NCBI GenBank assembly: GCA_965263355.1
Contig: CBDHHL010000032.1
Span: 3,264,001-3,328,000, forward strand
From: Leptolyngbyaceae cyanobacterium
Lineage (GTDB): Bacteria > Cyanobacteriota > Cyanobacteriia > Phormidesmidales > Phormidesmidaceae
Direction: 5' to 3'
DNA: 64,000 nucleotides
A model generated the notes under the pieces. It saw nothing but the letters and a program-made list of their open reading frames with translations. It ran no database searches and had not been told where the DNA came from. A program made the translations under genes and the position numbers. Below are positions 29,908 through 39,722 of this stretch, piece by piece (position 1 is the stretch's first letter; every line of letters begins with the position of its first letter).

Positions 29908-31065
29908 CTATGAGTGAGTTCCCTGATTGGGACAACAAGCATCCGGCAAAATAACCATGGCATCACCAAAAGAATAAAAACGGTACGCCTGATGAATTGC
30001 CTCTTGATAAAGATTCATTAATCGTTGACGACCTATTAGTGCACTTACCAGCATCAGGAGGCTAGAGCCCGGTAAGTGAAAATTAGTAATTAGTCCATCG
30101 ATGACTTTCCACTGATAGCCAGGGTAGATAAATAAGTTTACGGGGCCTTGATAGGCTTTGAGGCTACCTATTTGGGTCGCAACTCCCTCCAATGTACGAG
30201 TGGTGGTAGTTCCCACTGCATAGACATGGTTGCCCCGTGCCTGGGTGGCATTAATCAGCTCTACGGTTTTCTGAGGCAGATCTACCCATTCCGCATGCAT
30301 TTTGTGGTCAATAATAGTGTCGGTTTCCACTGGGCGAAACGTGCCTAATCCCACATGTAAGGTGACTTCAGCGCGCTGAATTCCTTTTTCCTCAAGGGCT
30401 TGAAACAGGGCTGGCGTAAAGTGTAGACCGGCCGTTGGGGCCGCCACCGCGCCAGGGGTCTGAGCGTAGATAGTTTGATACTGCTCAGGATCCGCAGGAG
30501 AATTAGTAATGTAGGGTGGTAAAGGGACCTCGCCAATAGCTGTCATTAGGTCATCTATGGGGGTATCGGTTGGGGTGTCAAAGGTGAGCAGTCGACCGTT
30601 GGTGTCGCTATCCCATGCCTCTACCTGGGCTCTGAGTAACGGTTGGTCTAAATTTGGCCCGAAGACTATTGAACTACCTGGTTTTAAGCGTCGTCCTGGT
30701 TTCACCAGTGCCAACCATTGGTCATGCCCACGGGGTTCTAGTAATAAAACTTCAACCTTGGCTCCACTTGGTTTATATCCATACATTCTCGCTGGTATGA
30801 CTCGCGTATTATTAACCACGAGTAGATCGCCAGCACACAGAACCCTGGGTAGGTCTTTAAAATAGGCATGCTGATGATCACTGCTTGATGAAATTACCAT
30901 CAAGCGAGAATGGTCTCGAGGGGTGACTGGTGCCTGGGCAATCAAATTGGACGGTAAGTTATATTGATAAGCCGTCAAGGAATAATCCCTGTTTGCCTGT
31001 TGCTGCTCGGTGAAATCATCGCTGTGAGCTGATTGATGACTATTAGGTAGGGGCATGGCAAACAA
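29908..31065 (-). CDS. queA: S-adenosylmethionine:tRNA ribosyltransferase-isomerase
   Basis: NNTRVIPAR, PLPPYI, AAPTAGLHF, HVGLGTF, TNFHLP, YRFYSFGDAM. Confidence 0.96.
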   Translation of the reverse strand: MFAMPLPNSHQSAHSDDFTEQQQANRDYSLTAYQYNLPSNLIAQAPVTPRDHSRLMVISSSSDHQHAYFKDLPRVLCAGDLLVVNNTRVIPARMYGYKPSGAKVEVLLLEPRGHDQWLALVKPGRRLKPGSSIVFGPNLDQPLLRAQVEAWDSDTNGRLLTFDTPTDTPIDDLMTAIGEVPLPPYITNSPADPEQYQTIYAQTPGAVAAPTAGLHFTPALFQALEEKGIQRAEVTLHVGLGTFRPVETDTIIDHKMHAEWVDLPQKTVELINATQARGNHVYAVGTTTTRTLEGVATQIGSLKAYQGPVNLFIYPGYQWKVIDGLITNFHLPGSSLLMLVSALIGRQRLMNLYQEAIHQAYRFYSFGDAMVILPDACCPNQGTHS

Positions 31066-31238
31066 AAAAGCAGATGAAATACCGTTGATTTTTGATAAAG
31101 GCTTAGGCTGAGTCTCACTAAGTTGAAAGATTTAATGCCAGACTATAGTTAGATGGTCTATATGTTCTATAGACGGGGTCTATGGACTGGCTGTCTAGGT
31201 AATTTAAACGATCTAGACTGTAGCACCGCTTTATAATT

Positions 31239-31628
31239 ATGGATTACGTTTACTATTTATCCAATGCCAGTCTTGTTCTGCGAGTCGTTGAACGGCTACA
31301 TCGACTAACTCAGTTGCCATTAGAGTTTTTAAGTGTGATCCATCGCATTGACGGTTGGATTATTCGAGTCAGGCTACATGAGAGTGTTTCTCCAAACATA
31401 GCTGCTAATTTTCAAGCATTTTTAGATGAAGTAGGCGGTCGCTCTAAGCCAGGTTATCGCATTCGGATGGCTCTCTGGGGTTTAGAGACGGGGCAAACAG
31501 CTGTGGATGTTATGCGTCGCTATCAGGTGGCTGTGGTTTCCCATGGCAAACCCGACCGTTACGAAATTGAAGAATTTCGCAAGCAATTTGTTCAAGGGTT
31601 AGGCTATTGCCCAGAGACTTTGGCCTAA
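31239..31628 (+). CDS. Hypothetical protein
   Basis: 129-aa ORF, MDYVYYLSNASL...GLGYCPETLA. Confidence 0.75.
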   Translation: MDYVYYLSNASLVLRVVERLHRLTQLPLEFLSVIHRIDGWIIRVRLHESVSPNIAANFQAFLDEVGGRSKPGYRIRMALWGLETGQTAVDVMRRYQVAVVSHGKPDRYEIEEFRKQFVQGLGYCPETLA

Positions 31629-31667
31629 TTTATTCCTGAGGTGGGCATTGCCTGCTCTTTCATATAT

Positions 31668-32108
31668 TTAACCTTCAATCGCATTCACCAAGTAGTCCTG
31701 TAGTACCAGATAACGCTGACTGTCGGGTAGTTCTAGCTGTGTTCTGGCGACTTTCGGTGGAGCTGCATGACAGCTGACTAAGGCGACATCCAAGCGGCAA
31801 GGCAGATGGGCTAGATGGGGATGACGGGTTAAAAATAAGCGTGCTGTCTTCCAAAGTTTTTTTTGTTTAGGGCGGGTGATTGAGAGGAGGCCATCCAGAT
31901 CCCAATTGCCTCGACTACGAGTTTTGACTTCTACAAAGATCACCATTTGGCTGCTGAGTTTGCCGCCTTGGGTGTTATAACCTTGGGCTACGATGTCTAA
32001 TTCTCCCCAGCGGCAGTGCCACCGTCGATAAAGAATTTCCCAGCCTTGTTGTGTGAGCCAGTTTTCCACCAGTTGCTCACCATAAATTCCCAGGTCGTGG
32101 TCTGGCAT
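31668..32108 (-). CDS. YraN family (UPF0102) putative endonuclease
   Basis: G..GE, GELDIVA, FVEVKTR, RLDV. Confidence 0.9.
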   Translation of the reverse strand: MPDHDLGIYGEQLVENWLTQQGWEILYRRWHCRWGELDIVAQGYNTQGGKLSSQMVIFVEVKTRSRGNWDLDGLLSITRPKQKKLWKTARLFLTRHPHLAHLPCRLDVALVSCHAAPPKVARTQLELPDSQRYLVLQDYLVNAIEG

Positions 32109-32325
32109 GTGCTGTTTGGTAATGACTAACTAATGGGTCATGCCATTGCTAAATTGCCCCGATGGTTAAACCTGATCCACGTTCTGGATGGTCGTTTTTC
32201 CGGTGAAGACTCTATAGGTTTCACCTTGAATGTGGCTGAAAGCAAAAATCAAGTACTGCTAACTATCGATTTAAATTGATAGAAAACTGGGTACTATAGG
32301 CTCAAATCTCCTAAGGCTGGGCATT

Positions 32326-33423
32326 ATGAGCCGAAAACTAAAGGCAGACATTCATGCGGAATATCAGCAGGCGTTTGAGCGATGTACCGTCCTTTCGGAG
32401 TCACTCGGACTCGTAAACGGGGTGGCCAAGCGAATGGTTGATTTGCGATCGCACTACGAGGCCGTTGAAAAAGCAACGACTGTGCCCTGGTGGTTTGCTG
32501 GCATTCTGCATTACAAAGAATGGAATTTTCGGGAACCGGCCTTATTTGAAAAGCAAGTGGCTAAGGTACTCAAGGCTAAAAAATATGATCAGGCCACGAC
32601 AAGGACTGTGGCCGCCTACCTTTGGGGCTTTGACCTTTGGAATGGCTTTCAAGATGGCTCTGGCGATCAGTCAACCTGGGTTTGGGGGAGCACCAATGTT
32701 TTAGCTAAGAAAACCTCTGAAATGGGGGCGGCTGGAATCTTAAAACATCTCCAAGCGCAAGGGATCGTCAAGCTGAGTGTAACGACTGCACCGAAGAGTG
32801 CTAAGCCGCAGGCGAAAGCAGGGGCGACCGCCACCCCAAAACCAGCCGCTAAGCCTGCCAAAAAAGGAAAAAAACTACCGGTCATGTATTTTTCCCAGCG
32901 GGATAATGCTGCCCAGGCCCATCGGACCTGCAATACTGCTAGCTGTTGGATGGGGGCACTCTATATGAAAACTGCCCTGTGGGAAGAGTGTGGCCAAGAT
33001 CATAATGCCGATCTCAACTTTTATTTGCCCAAGGTGGAGGCCTATGGTGATACCACGGATCATGGTGCACAGACTAGGGCGTTGTCCAGCCTCGGTGTTG
33101 ATTCTGAATGGCATACGAGCCTATCTATGAATGATGTCAAAAAAGAAATTGACACAGGACGTCCTGTGGTTTTGGGTGTACTACACAAGGGGCCTGTGAG
33201 TAGTCCCCGTGGCGGTGGCCACATGATTTTGGCGGTAGGCTATGACGACACTGGCTTTTTTATCCATGATCCCTACGGTGAGATGGATCTGGTTAATGGT
33301 GATTACCCTGATTCTACCGATGGCTCTTATCGCCACTACAGTTACAAGAATTTAGGAGCCCGATTTGAGGTGGAAGGACCGGGTAGTGGTTGGGGACGCC
33401 TATATAAAGGTAGTCGTAAGTAA
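32326..33423 (+). CDS. Two-domain putative cell-wall hydrolase: degenerate lysozyme-like N-domain + C39-like peptidase
   Basis: YEAVEKATTVPWWFAGILH N-domain; Lys/Ala/Pro linker; YFSQRDN..TCNTASC, GGHM, IHDPYG (Cys-His-Asp). Confidence 0.75.
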   Translation: MSRKLKADIHAEYQQAFERCTVLSESLGLVNGVAKRMVDLRSHYEAVEKATTVPWWFAGILHYKEWNFREPALFEKQVAKVLKAKKYDQATTRTVAAYLWGFDLWNGFQDGSGDQSTWVWGSTNVLAKKTSEMGAAGILKHLQAQGIVKLSVTTAPKSAKPQAKAGATATPKPAAKPAKKGKKLPVMYFSQRDNAAQAHRTCNTASCWMGALYMKTALWEECGQDHNADLNFYLPKVEAYGDTTDHGAQTRALSSLGVDSEWHTSLSMNDVKKEIDTGRPVVLGVLHKGPVSSPRGGGHMILAVGYDDTGFFIHDPYGEMDLVNGDYPDSTDGSYRHYSYKNLGARFEVEGPGSGWGRLYKGSRK

Positions 33424-33440
33424 TTACACGACTGAACTAA

Positions 33441-35393
33441 CTACCCATCTAACTGACTATAGAATTCGCCAACCCAAGGTAAACTAGCCAAATCTTCAAA
33501 GGCGACCTGTCGTTCTTGTTCCAGCTCGGCAATCCGTTTTTTCTCGGCATAGCTTTGCTTTTGATAATAGGCGCACTCTTTGGGGTGAGTTTCTAGGTCT
33601 GTTTCTGCCCACAGTTTGAGAAAGTAGCGATAGCGTTTTTCGCATAGGGTTTTTTCCATACAGGCCACAGATGCTCGAATAATTAATGGGGCTCGCAGAA
33701 TATCACGCTGGGTTTTCTCATCGAGATATAGCAGGTGATGGACTTGGGATAGGGGACCTGTGGATTCGGATGTCAGGTTTCGCAGCTGTTCTAGCAAGCT
33801 GATGGTATTTTCTGATGGGGGTTGGGCTTCATCAGCGACCTGCCACTGCAGCATCATGCGCCAGAGGGCACGATGGTGGGAAAAACTGAGTTGTAAATCC
33901 CGTTCTTCGAGGGCTTGTTTAATGGCCTGACGATTGTTGGGCATGTGAATATATACTCGCAACAGCCAGCCTTCGGCTTCTTCAAGGGCACTTTTTTTAA
34001 GGGCGATCTTGGTGGTTTTTGGGGCTTCGTCGGGGGAGCGTCGCTGTCGACGTACCTGGGCTAAAAAGTTTTCGGCTAGCAGCGGTACTAACCGAGCATC
34101 GCCCTGGCTAAAAATTTCGGCACAGTGGCGAATATAGTGGGTACGGGTATCGGCATTGGCAATGTCTGCTAGCAGTTTGACCATAGCCTGGGACGCTTTT
34201 TGAAACTGATCGGCCTGTTTCAGGTCTAGCGTTAGTAGGGTTTTTTGGATTTGCCAGTCGAGCCATAAAGGGGCCGCATCTACCAGGGCGTTGTACTCGT
34301 CAGCAACATGGGTTTTGAGGTAGTCATCCGGATCTTTGCCGTCAGGAAGGTTGAGAATTCTTAGCTGGACATCACCGCGATGGGCCATTTCAGCGACTTC
34401 CCCGATGGCGCGCTGAGCGGCTTTTACCCCGGCAGCATCGGCGTCAAAATTAAAAATAATTTGCTTTGACTCGGTGTAGCGCAGCAGCTGACGGACCTGT
34501 CCAGCATTGAGCGCGGTGCCAAGGGAGGCGACTGCATTGGTAATGTTTGCGGCATGGAGGGCAACCACATCGAAGTAGCCCTCGACGACAATGGCTCGAT
34601 CTTGCTTTGCGATCGCACCCTTTGCTTTATCTAAGCCGTAGAGGGTCTTGCTCTTATCAAAGAGTTCTGTTTCAGGTGAGTTTAGATATTTAGGTTTTTC
34701 ATCGCCCAAACAGCGTCCTCCAAACCCGATAATGCGTCCGTTGGCATCATGTATGGGCACCATCACGCGATTCCGAAAGCGGTCGTAATAGCCCGTGCCA
34801 TTTTTGTTAGGCACAATCAGGCCAGCCTGCTCCACCAGTTTGACTGAATAATTCTTTTGCTCGATGAGATAGCCGTAGAGGGGTTGCCAACCATCGGGCG
34901 CATAGCCAAAGGTAAAGCGTTTGAGGATGTCGTCACTAAACTGGCGCTGCGATCGCAAATAATCTAATGCCTGCTGTCCTACACTTTGATAGAGGGCGTG
35001 CTCGTAGAACTTAGCGGTTACCGTGAGGATTTCAAACAGCTGTTCCCTCAGGGTGATTTTTTTCTGGTACTCCTGCTGTTTAGCAGGTTCTAAGGTCTTG
35101 ACCGGAACTTGATATCGTCTGGCTAGATCTAGTACGACTTCTGCAAAAGACTGCTGCCCCAGTTCCATCAAAAACTTAAAGGCATTGCCCCCAGCGCCAC
35201 AGCTAAAACAGTAGTAAAACTGCTTGGCCGGACTAACACTAAAGCTAGGGGACTTATCGTCATGGAACGGACATAGGCCTGTAAAGTCTTTGCCCTGCTT
35301 TTTGAGTACTACATGCTCAGATACTACATCGACGATATCGGCTCGCTGACGCACATCGTCAATGGTATCTGGGTGTATGCGTGGAGAACTCAT
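33441..35393 (-). CDS. dnaG: DNA primase
   Basis: CPFH..CFSC zinc finger, KYLNSPET, VEGYFDV, FDADAAG, KDPD. Confidence 0.97.
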   Translation of the reverse strand: MSSPRIHPDTIDDVRQRADIVDVVSEHVVLKKQGKDFTGLCPFHDDKSPSFSVSPAKQFYYCFSCGAGGNAFKFLMELGQQSFAEVVLDLARRYQVPVKTLEPAKQQEYQKKITLREQLFEILTVTAKFYEHALYQSVGQQALDYLRSQRQFSDDILKRFTFGYAPDGWQPLYGYLIEQKNYSVKLVEQAGLIVPNKNGTGYYDRFRNRVMVPIHDANGRIIGFGGRCLGDEKPKYLNSPETELFDKSKTLYGLDKAKGAIAKQDRAIVVEGYFDVVALHAANITNAVASLGTALNAGQVRQLLRYTESKQIIFNFDADAAGVKAAQRAIGEVAEMAHRGDVQLRILNLPDGKDPDDYLKTHVADEYNALVDAAPLWLDWQIQKTLLTLDLKQADQFQKASQAMVKLLADIANADTRTHYIRHCAEIFSQGDARLVPLLAENFLAQVRRQRRSPDEAPKTTKIALKKSALEEAEGWLLRVYIHMPNNRQAIKQALEERDLQLSFSHHRALWRMMLQWQVADEAQPPSENTISLLEQLRNLTSESTGPLSQVHHLLYLDEKTQRDILRAPLIIRASVACMEKTLCEKRYRYFLKLWAETDLETHPKECAYYQKQSYAEKKRIAELEQERQVAFEDLASLPWVGEFYSQLDG

Positions 35394-35470
35394 GCAGACT
35401 GAACGTAACCTTGAGGTTTAAACATCATAGGTCCAATGCTAATAGCTAAGCGGATTTTCAGCTCGTTGTC

Positions 35471-35534
35471 TGATGGGCAATGCTCACCCTACGGGCCTAC
35501 GGCTCTAATGGTGGGTGGGCATTGACCGCCTTAC
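35471..35534. repeat. Degenerate REP-like palindrome doublet
   Basis: GGGCAATGCTCACCCTAC and GTGGGTGGGCATTGACCGCCTTAC resemble GTAGGGTGGGCATTGCCCACCCTAC-type cyanobacterial palindromic repeats. Confidence 0.55.
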
Positions 35535-36126
35535 CCAAAATTTGGAGCTTGATGCGATCTTGATTGAATAAGTGCGGCGAGGCGGTCAATACGATGATTT
35601 GTCTGCAGTACGGCAGTTTACTGATATGCAGGTGTCTGAGCCAAACTCATACAATCTTTACTAAATTCTTCTGAATGTAGATATTGCATGAACAGAGGCG
35701 GCCAGGATATTGATAAACCTACGTACGTATCGATATATTTGGATCACGTATATGTTGGAAAAGTCACATAAGTTTGTGGGCGAGGGAAAATTGATCTTCC
35801 CTAGTGAATTGAGCGGTTGCACTAAGTTTTTTAGCTAGGTTTTTTTATCAGCTAAAATTTTGTCTTAAAAGTGTATGCAGCTTTGAGTAGTCTCAATGTC
35901 TACTTTTTTCTGTATTCGTTTTTACACAATCGTGCAATGGCAATGTACAAAAAACAGGTTTCTGCTGTGATAACAACTTTTAGGGGCTACTACGTTTCTT
36001 TGTTGCAATTTTCACTTAGCTAAACCTTGTTCATGTCCAGGACGATTGTTTCTCTGTAGAAGAATCTACAGGTTGCAACTTGGATGTAGTTTATATCAGA
36101 AAAAATTCGGGCATAGAAGAGTTTCG

Positions 36127-36699
36127 ATGAACGTCTTGATGCTTGCTCCACACCCGTTTTATCAGGCTAGAGGTACTCCAATCGCTGTCGATTTGGTATT
36201 GAGGGTCCTTTCCGGTCGTGGTGAGGTTGTTGATGTTGTAACGTTTGCTGAAGGCAAAGACATGCACTACGCTAACGTTAAAATTTATCGCACCCCACCC
36301 TTTCGGTTTACTCGGAACATTAGACCTGGATTTTCATTGAAGAAGTTGATTTGCGATCTGTTCGTTTTTATCAAGGCGATTCAGTTGGTTAGAACAGGTC
36401 GCTATGACTTGGTCCATGCTGGTGAGGAAGCTGTGTTTATGGCGTTGATTATCAAAAAGGTCTTTGGTATTCCTTACGTCTATGACATGGATTCTTCCCT
36501 GGTCGGTCAGCTTGTCGATAAATATTCTGGTTTGCGATTTGTCAAGCCTATATTAGAGATGTTTGAAGGAGCTGCTGTCAAGAATGCAGAGGCAGTCATT
36601 CCCGTCTGTGGAGCCCTAGCGACTGAGGTTCAACGCTATAGTCCCAGTCAAAAAATTGTCGTTATTCCTGATATCTCGTTGCTGCACCAATCTCGATAG
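36127..36699 (+). CDS. Glycosyltransferase family 4, N-terminal domain only
   Basis: MLAPHPFYQARGTPIA, YDLVHAGEE, YVYDMDS; stops at TAG 36697-36699. Confidence 0.8.
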   Translation: MNVLMLAPHPFYQARGTPIAVDLVLRVLSGRGEVVDVVTFAEGKDMHYANVKIYRTPPFRFTRNIRPGFSLKKLICDLFVFIKAIQLVRTGRYDLVHAGEEAVFMALIIKKVFGIPYVYDMDSSLVGQLVDKYSGLRFVKPILEMFEGAAVKNAEAVIPVCGALATEVQRYSPSQKIVVIPDISLLHQSR

Positions 36700-36760
36700 G
36701 GTTGGTTGCTTCACTCTGCTTGTGTCTAACGTTCAATCAATAAAAAGGGGCTTTTATTTT

Positions 36761-37384
36761 ATGCAGTTGACTCAGTTAAGAAGTACTTATAGCATCACTG
36801 GCCCCCTACTGATGTATGTGGGGAATTTGGAGCGGTATCAGGGGATTGATTTACTGTTAGAAAGCTTTCAACTGGCGCACGCTGAGATTAATGAGGCTAG
36901 ATTGGTAATTATTGGTGGGGCAGCTGAGCATATTGAATCCTACCAGCGACGTTCTCGGCAGTTAGGAATCGAGGCTGCTGTGCACTTTATCGGGAAGCGG
37001 CCGGTTGAGGATTTAGCCTATTATTTAGCTCAGGCCGATGTGCTGACATCACCCCGCACCCAGGGCAACAATACGCCCATGAAGCTATATTCCTATTTAG
37101 ACAGTGGCAAGGCATTATTAGCAACGGATCTACCTACCCATACTCAGGTGCTGAATCGTCGGGTAGCTTGGCTGGCTACGCCTACTGCTGAGGAGTTTTC
37201 CCAGGGCATGTTGCAATTGATGCGAGATCAAGAGCTGCGTGAACAACTAGGCATAGAAGCACGGGCATTGATTGCCAAACAGCATACCTATGAAGCGTTT
37301 TCTGAAAAATTGACTGGATTGTACGACTGGCTGCAGACCCAATTGCTAGGGGATATACAACCCTCCAATCTTTCATTTGAATAG
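36761..37384 (+). CDS. Glycosyltransferase family 4, C-terminal domain only
   Basis: YVGNLERYQGIDLL, ADVLTSPR, PMKLYSYLDSGK; AAGGGG upstream of ATG. Confidence 0.85.
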   Translation: MQLTQLRSTYSITGPLLMYVGNLERYQGIDLLLESFQLAHAEINEARLVIIGGAAEHIESYQRRSRQLGIEAAVHFIGKRPVEDLAYYLAQADVLTSPRTQGNNTPMKLYSYLDSGKALLATDLPTHTQVLNRRVAWLATPTAEEFSQGMLQLMRDQELREQLGIEARALIAKQHTYEAFSEKLTGLYDWLQTQLLGDIQPSNLSFE

Positions 37385-37395
37385 ATGCAAGTACT

Positions 37396-39063
37396 GTGCA
37401 GAGAACCCTAAAGGCATTATCCAATCGGGCATTTGATCTTTTGGTCCTCGGTGGGGGTATCCAAGGTGCTTGTGTGGCTTGGGAAGCAACCCTGCGTGGC
37501 CTATCGGTGGCGTTAATTGATAAGTCTGACTTTGGTGCTGCGACATCTGCCAATAGCTTGAAAATCATCCATGGTGGTTTGCGCTATTTGCAAACAGCTG
37601 ACTTTGGCCGGATGAGGCAATCCATTCGAGAACGGCAAATTTTGATGCGGATTGCCCCTCACCTGGTCCATCCGTTGCCTATTTTGGTGCCTACCTATGG
37701 CCATGGATTAAAGGGTAAAGAGGCTATGTTTGTAGCCCTAAAGCTCAATGATGTGATTAGCTGCGATCGCAATCAAGGGTTGCCTGATCCCCAAAAGCAT
37801 ATTCCCCCAGGCCGCATGATCTCGCGTCAGCGTTGTCAGCAGCAGGTCCCTGGCATTAAAGATCAGGGCTTAACTGGTGCAGCAACGTTCCATGATGCTC
37901 AGGTCTATAACTCTGAACGATTGACCCTGGCCTTTATCAAATCAGCTGCTCAAGCGGGGGCAACGGTGGCCAACTATGTCAAAGCAACGGGGTTTCTGCA
38001 AACCGATGACCAGGTGCAGGGCATTACGGCCCAAGATAGTTTGACGGGGGCACAGTTTGATATTCAAGCCAAGGCTGTGGTCAATACCAGTGGTCCTTGG
38101 CTAAATGAAGTGTTGAACTGGTTACCGACTCCTCCGGCACACCAGCCCTTTGCCAAAGCAGTTAATGTCGTACTACATCGACCTTTGCTGGAAACCCCTT
38201 ATGCCGTTGCCTTTAAGAGCAGTTTTCCTGAGTCTGGGGATGCCCAGGTAGGTACAAAATCTCGGATGTTGTTTGTGGTACCTTGGCGCGATACGTCTAT
38301 GATTGGTACTCATTATAGTGTCTGTTACCAATCGCCCGACCGTTGGCAGGTGGACGAATGCGAAATCCTCAGCTTACTGCAGCAAATTAATCAAGCCTAT
38401 GGGCCGGCTCAATTGACCAGGGATGATGTCGCGTTTGTTCATGGTGGACTATTACCACAATCAGGTGTAGCTAGCAATGGTGAGCCTAGCTTAGCTAAGC
38501 GCTATCGTATTCAAGATCATGCCGCTGATGGCTATCGAGGGCTACTGTCTGTCACCGGGGTGAAGTACACCACTTCTAGGGATGTGGCGGAAAAAGTTAC
38601 TGATTATCTATTTCGTGTGTGGGGACAGCTGCCCCCACCGTCACGGTCGGCAACGACACCTCTTGTAGGCGGTGACATTAGCAATATAGGGGCCTTTATT
38701 CAGCAAGCCATTGATCAAGACAATATCCAACTTGAGCCCCAGGCTGTTCGGAGTCTCATATACAACTACGGGAGTGCTCTTTTCGATATCTTTGAGGGTG
38801 AAATTGAAAACTCAACCCAGGCCATTACTGCCCAAGTACGCTATGCCGTACGGGTAGAGATGGCTCAAACCTTAAAAGATGTGATTTTTCGCCGGATTGA
38901 CCTGGGATCAGCAGGGCCTCCTCAGGAGGCGACCATTCGGCTCTGTGGAGACATTATGGCTGAGGAGCTGGGTTGGAGCCCTGCGTACACTCAAGCAGAG
39001 ATACAAGGTTTGATACCTGTCAAGACAGTTTCTAATCGATCCGCTCTCCCTCTTCACCTATAA
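37396..39063 (+). CDS. FAD-dependent glycerol-3-phosphate dehydrogenase/oxidase-like protein
   Basis: GGGIQG, DFGAATSANSLKIIHGGLRYL, GVKYTTSR, C-terminal DVIFRR. Confidence 0.88.
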   Translation: MQRTLKALSNRAFDLLVLGGGIQGACVAWEATLRGLSVALIDKSDFGAATSANSLKIIHGGLRYLQTADFGRMRQSIRERQILMRIAPHLVHPLPILVPTYGHGLKGKEAMFVALKLNDVISCDRNQGLPDPQKHIPPGRMISRQRCQQQVPGIKDQGLTGAATFHDAQVYNSERLTLAFIKSAAQAGATVANYVKATGFLQTDDQVQGITAQDSLTGAQFDIQAKAVVNTSGPWLNEVLNWLPTPPAHQPFAKAVNVVLHRPLLETPYAVAFKSSFPESGDAQVGTKSRMLFVVPWRDTSMIGTHYSVCYQSPDRWQVDECEILSLLQQINQAYGPAQLTRDDVAFVHGGLLPQSGVASNGEPSLAKRYRIQDHAADGYRGLLSVTGVKYTTSRDVAEKVTDYLFRVWGQLPPPSRSATTPLVGGDISNIGAFIQQAIDQDNIQLEPQAVRSLIYNYGSALFDIFEGEIENSTQAITAQVRYAVRVEMAQTLKDVIFRRIDLGSAGPPQEATIRLCGDIMAEELGWSPAYTQAEIQGLIPVKTVSNRSALPLHL

Positions 39064-39119
39064 CTGTTACCTAAGCCCGTTGTTAATGCTCTATTGATTA
39101 AGTTTTATCTAACTCTCCT

Positions 39120-39665
39120 ATGCCCTCTCCTATTGCCCATGCCGTTTCTGGTTATGCCATTATCAAGGGGTTAGAGCCCTCAAAAGTGTATAAAAGGTGG
39201 CAGTTAGCGCTATATGCGGTCTTTGTCGCCATTGCAGCAGATTTTGACTTTTTGCCTCAGCTGATTGCTGGCATCGATACCCACCGTGGGTTTACCCACA
39301 GCGTTGTCTTTGCGATCGCATTTAGCCTGATTGTAAGCAAATTGGCGAATGGGCGTACATCTTTGCAATACAGACGATTGTTTGCATTAACGCTGATTAT
39401 TTACGGTTCTCACCTGGTGTTAGATTTCTTTACCCAGGGTGGATCTGGTGTGCCCTTACTGTGGCCCATGAGTAATCAACCGTTTCAGTCAGCCATCCCG
39501 ATTTTCCCAGCTGTCCATCACTCCCATGGCCTATTCGATTCAATTCATATTGTTTTTCTGAGTTTTGAGTTGACTTACACGGTAATTTTGTTGTGGAGCC
39601 TATCCCGATGGCAAGCGTTTAACCATCAGCATAGGCAGAAGACTTCTAGTCTAAATAGCCGTTGA
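39120..39665 (+). CDS. YdjM-like membrane metal-dependent hydrolase
   Basis: PIAH, ADFD, HRGFTHS, SHLVLD motifs. Confidence 0.85.
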   Translation: MPSPIAHAVSGYAIIKGLEPSKVYKRWQLALYAVFVAIAADFDFLPQLIAGIDTHRGFTHSVVFAIAFSLIVSKLANGRTSLQYRRLFALTLIIYGSHLVLDFFTQGGSGVPLLWPMSNQPFQSAIPIFPAVHHSHGLFDSIHIVFLSFELTYTVILLWSLSRWQAFNHQHRQKTSSLNSR

Positions 39666-39722
39666 ACCTTCAAGCTACCCTAGCCCAGCCAGCCAAATTT
39701 TGATTCAGTACTGAGCAAGCGT

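Noticed and set aside
29634..29938. Short ORFs upstream of the HerA-like gene as a nurA remnant
   Set aside because: No recognisable nuclease motifs; 60-66 aa, one overlaps queA.
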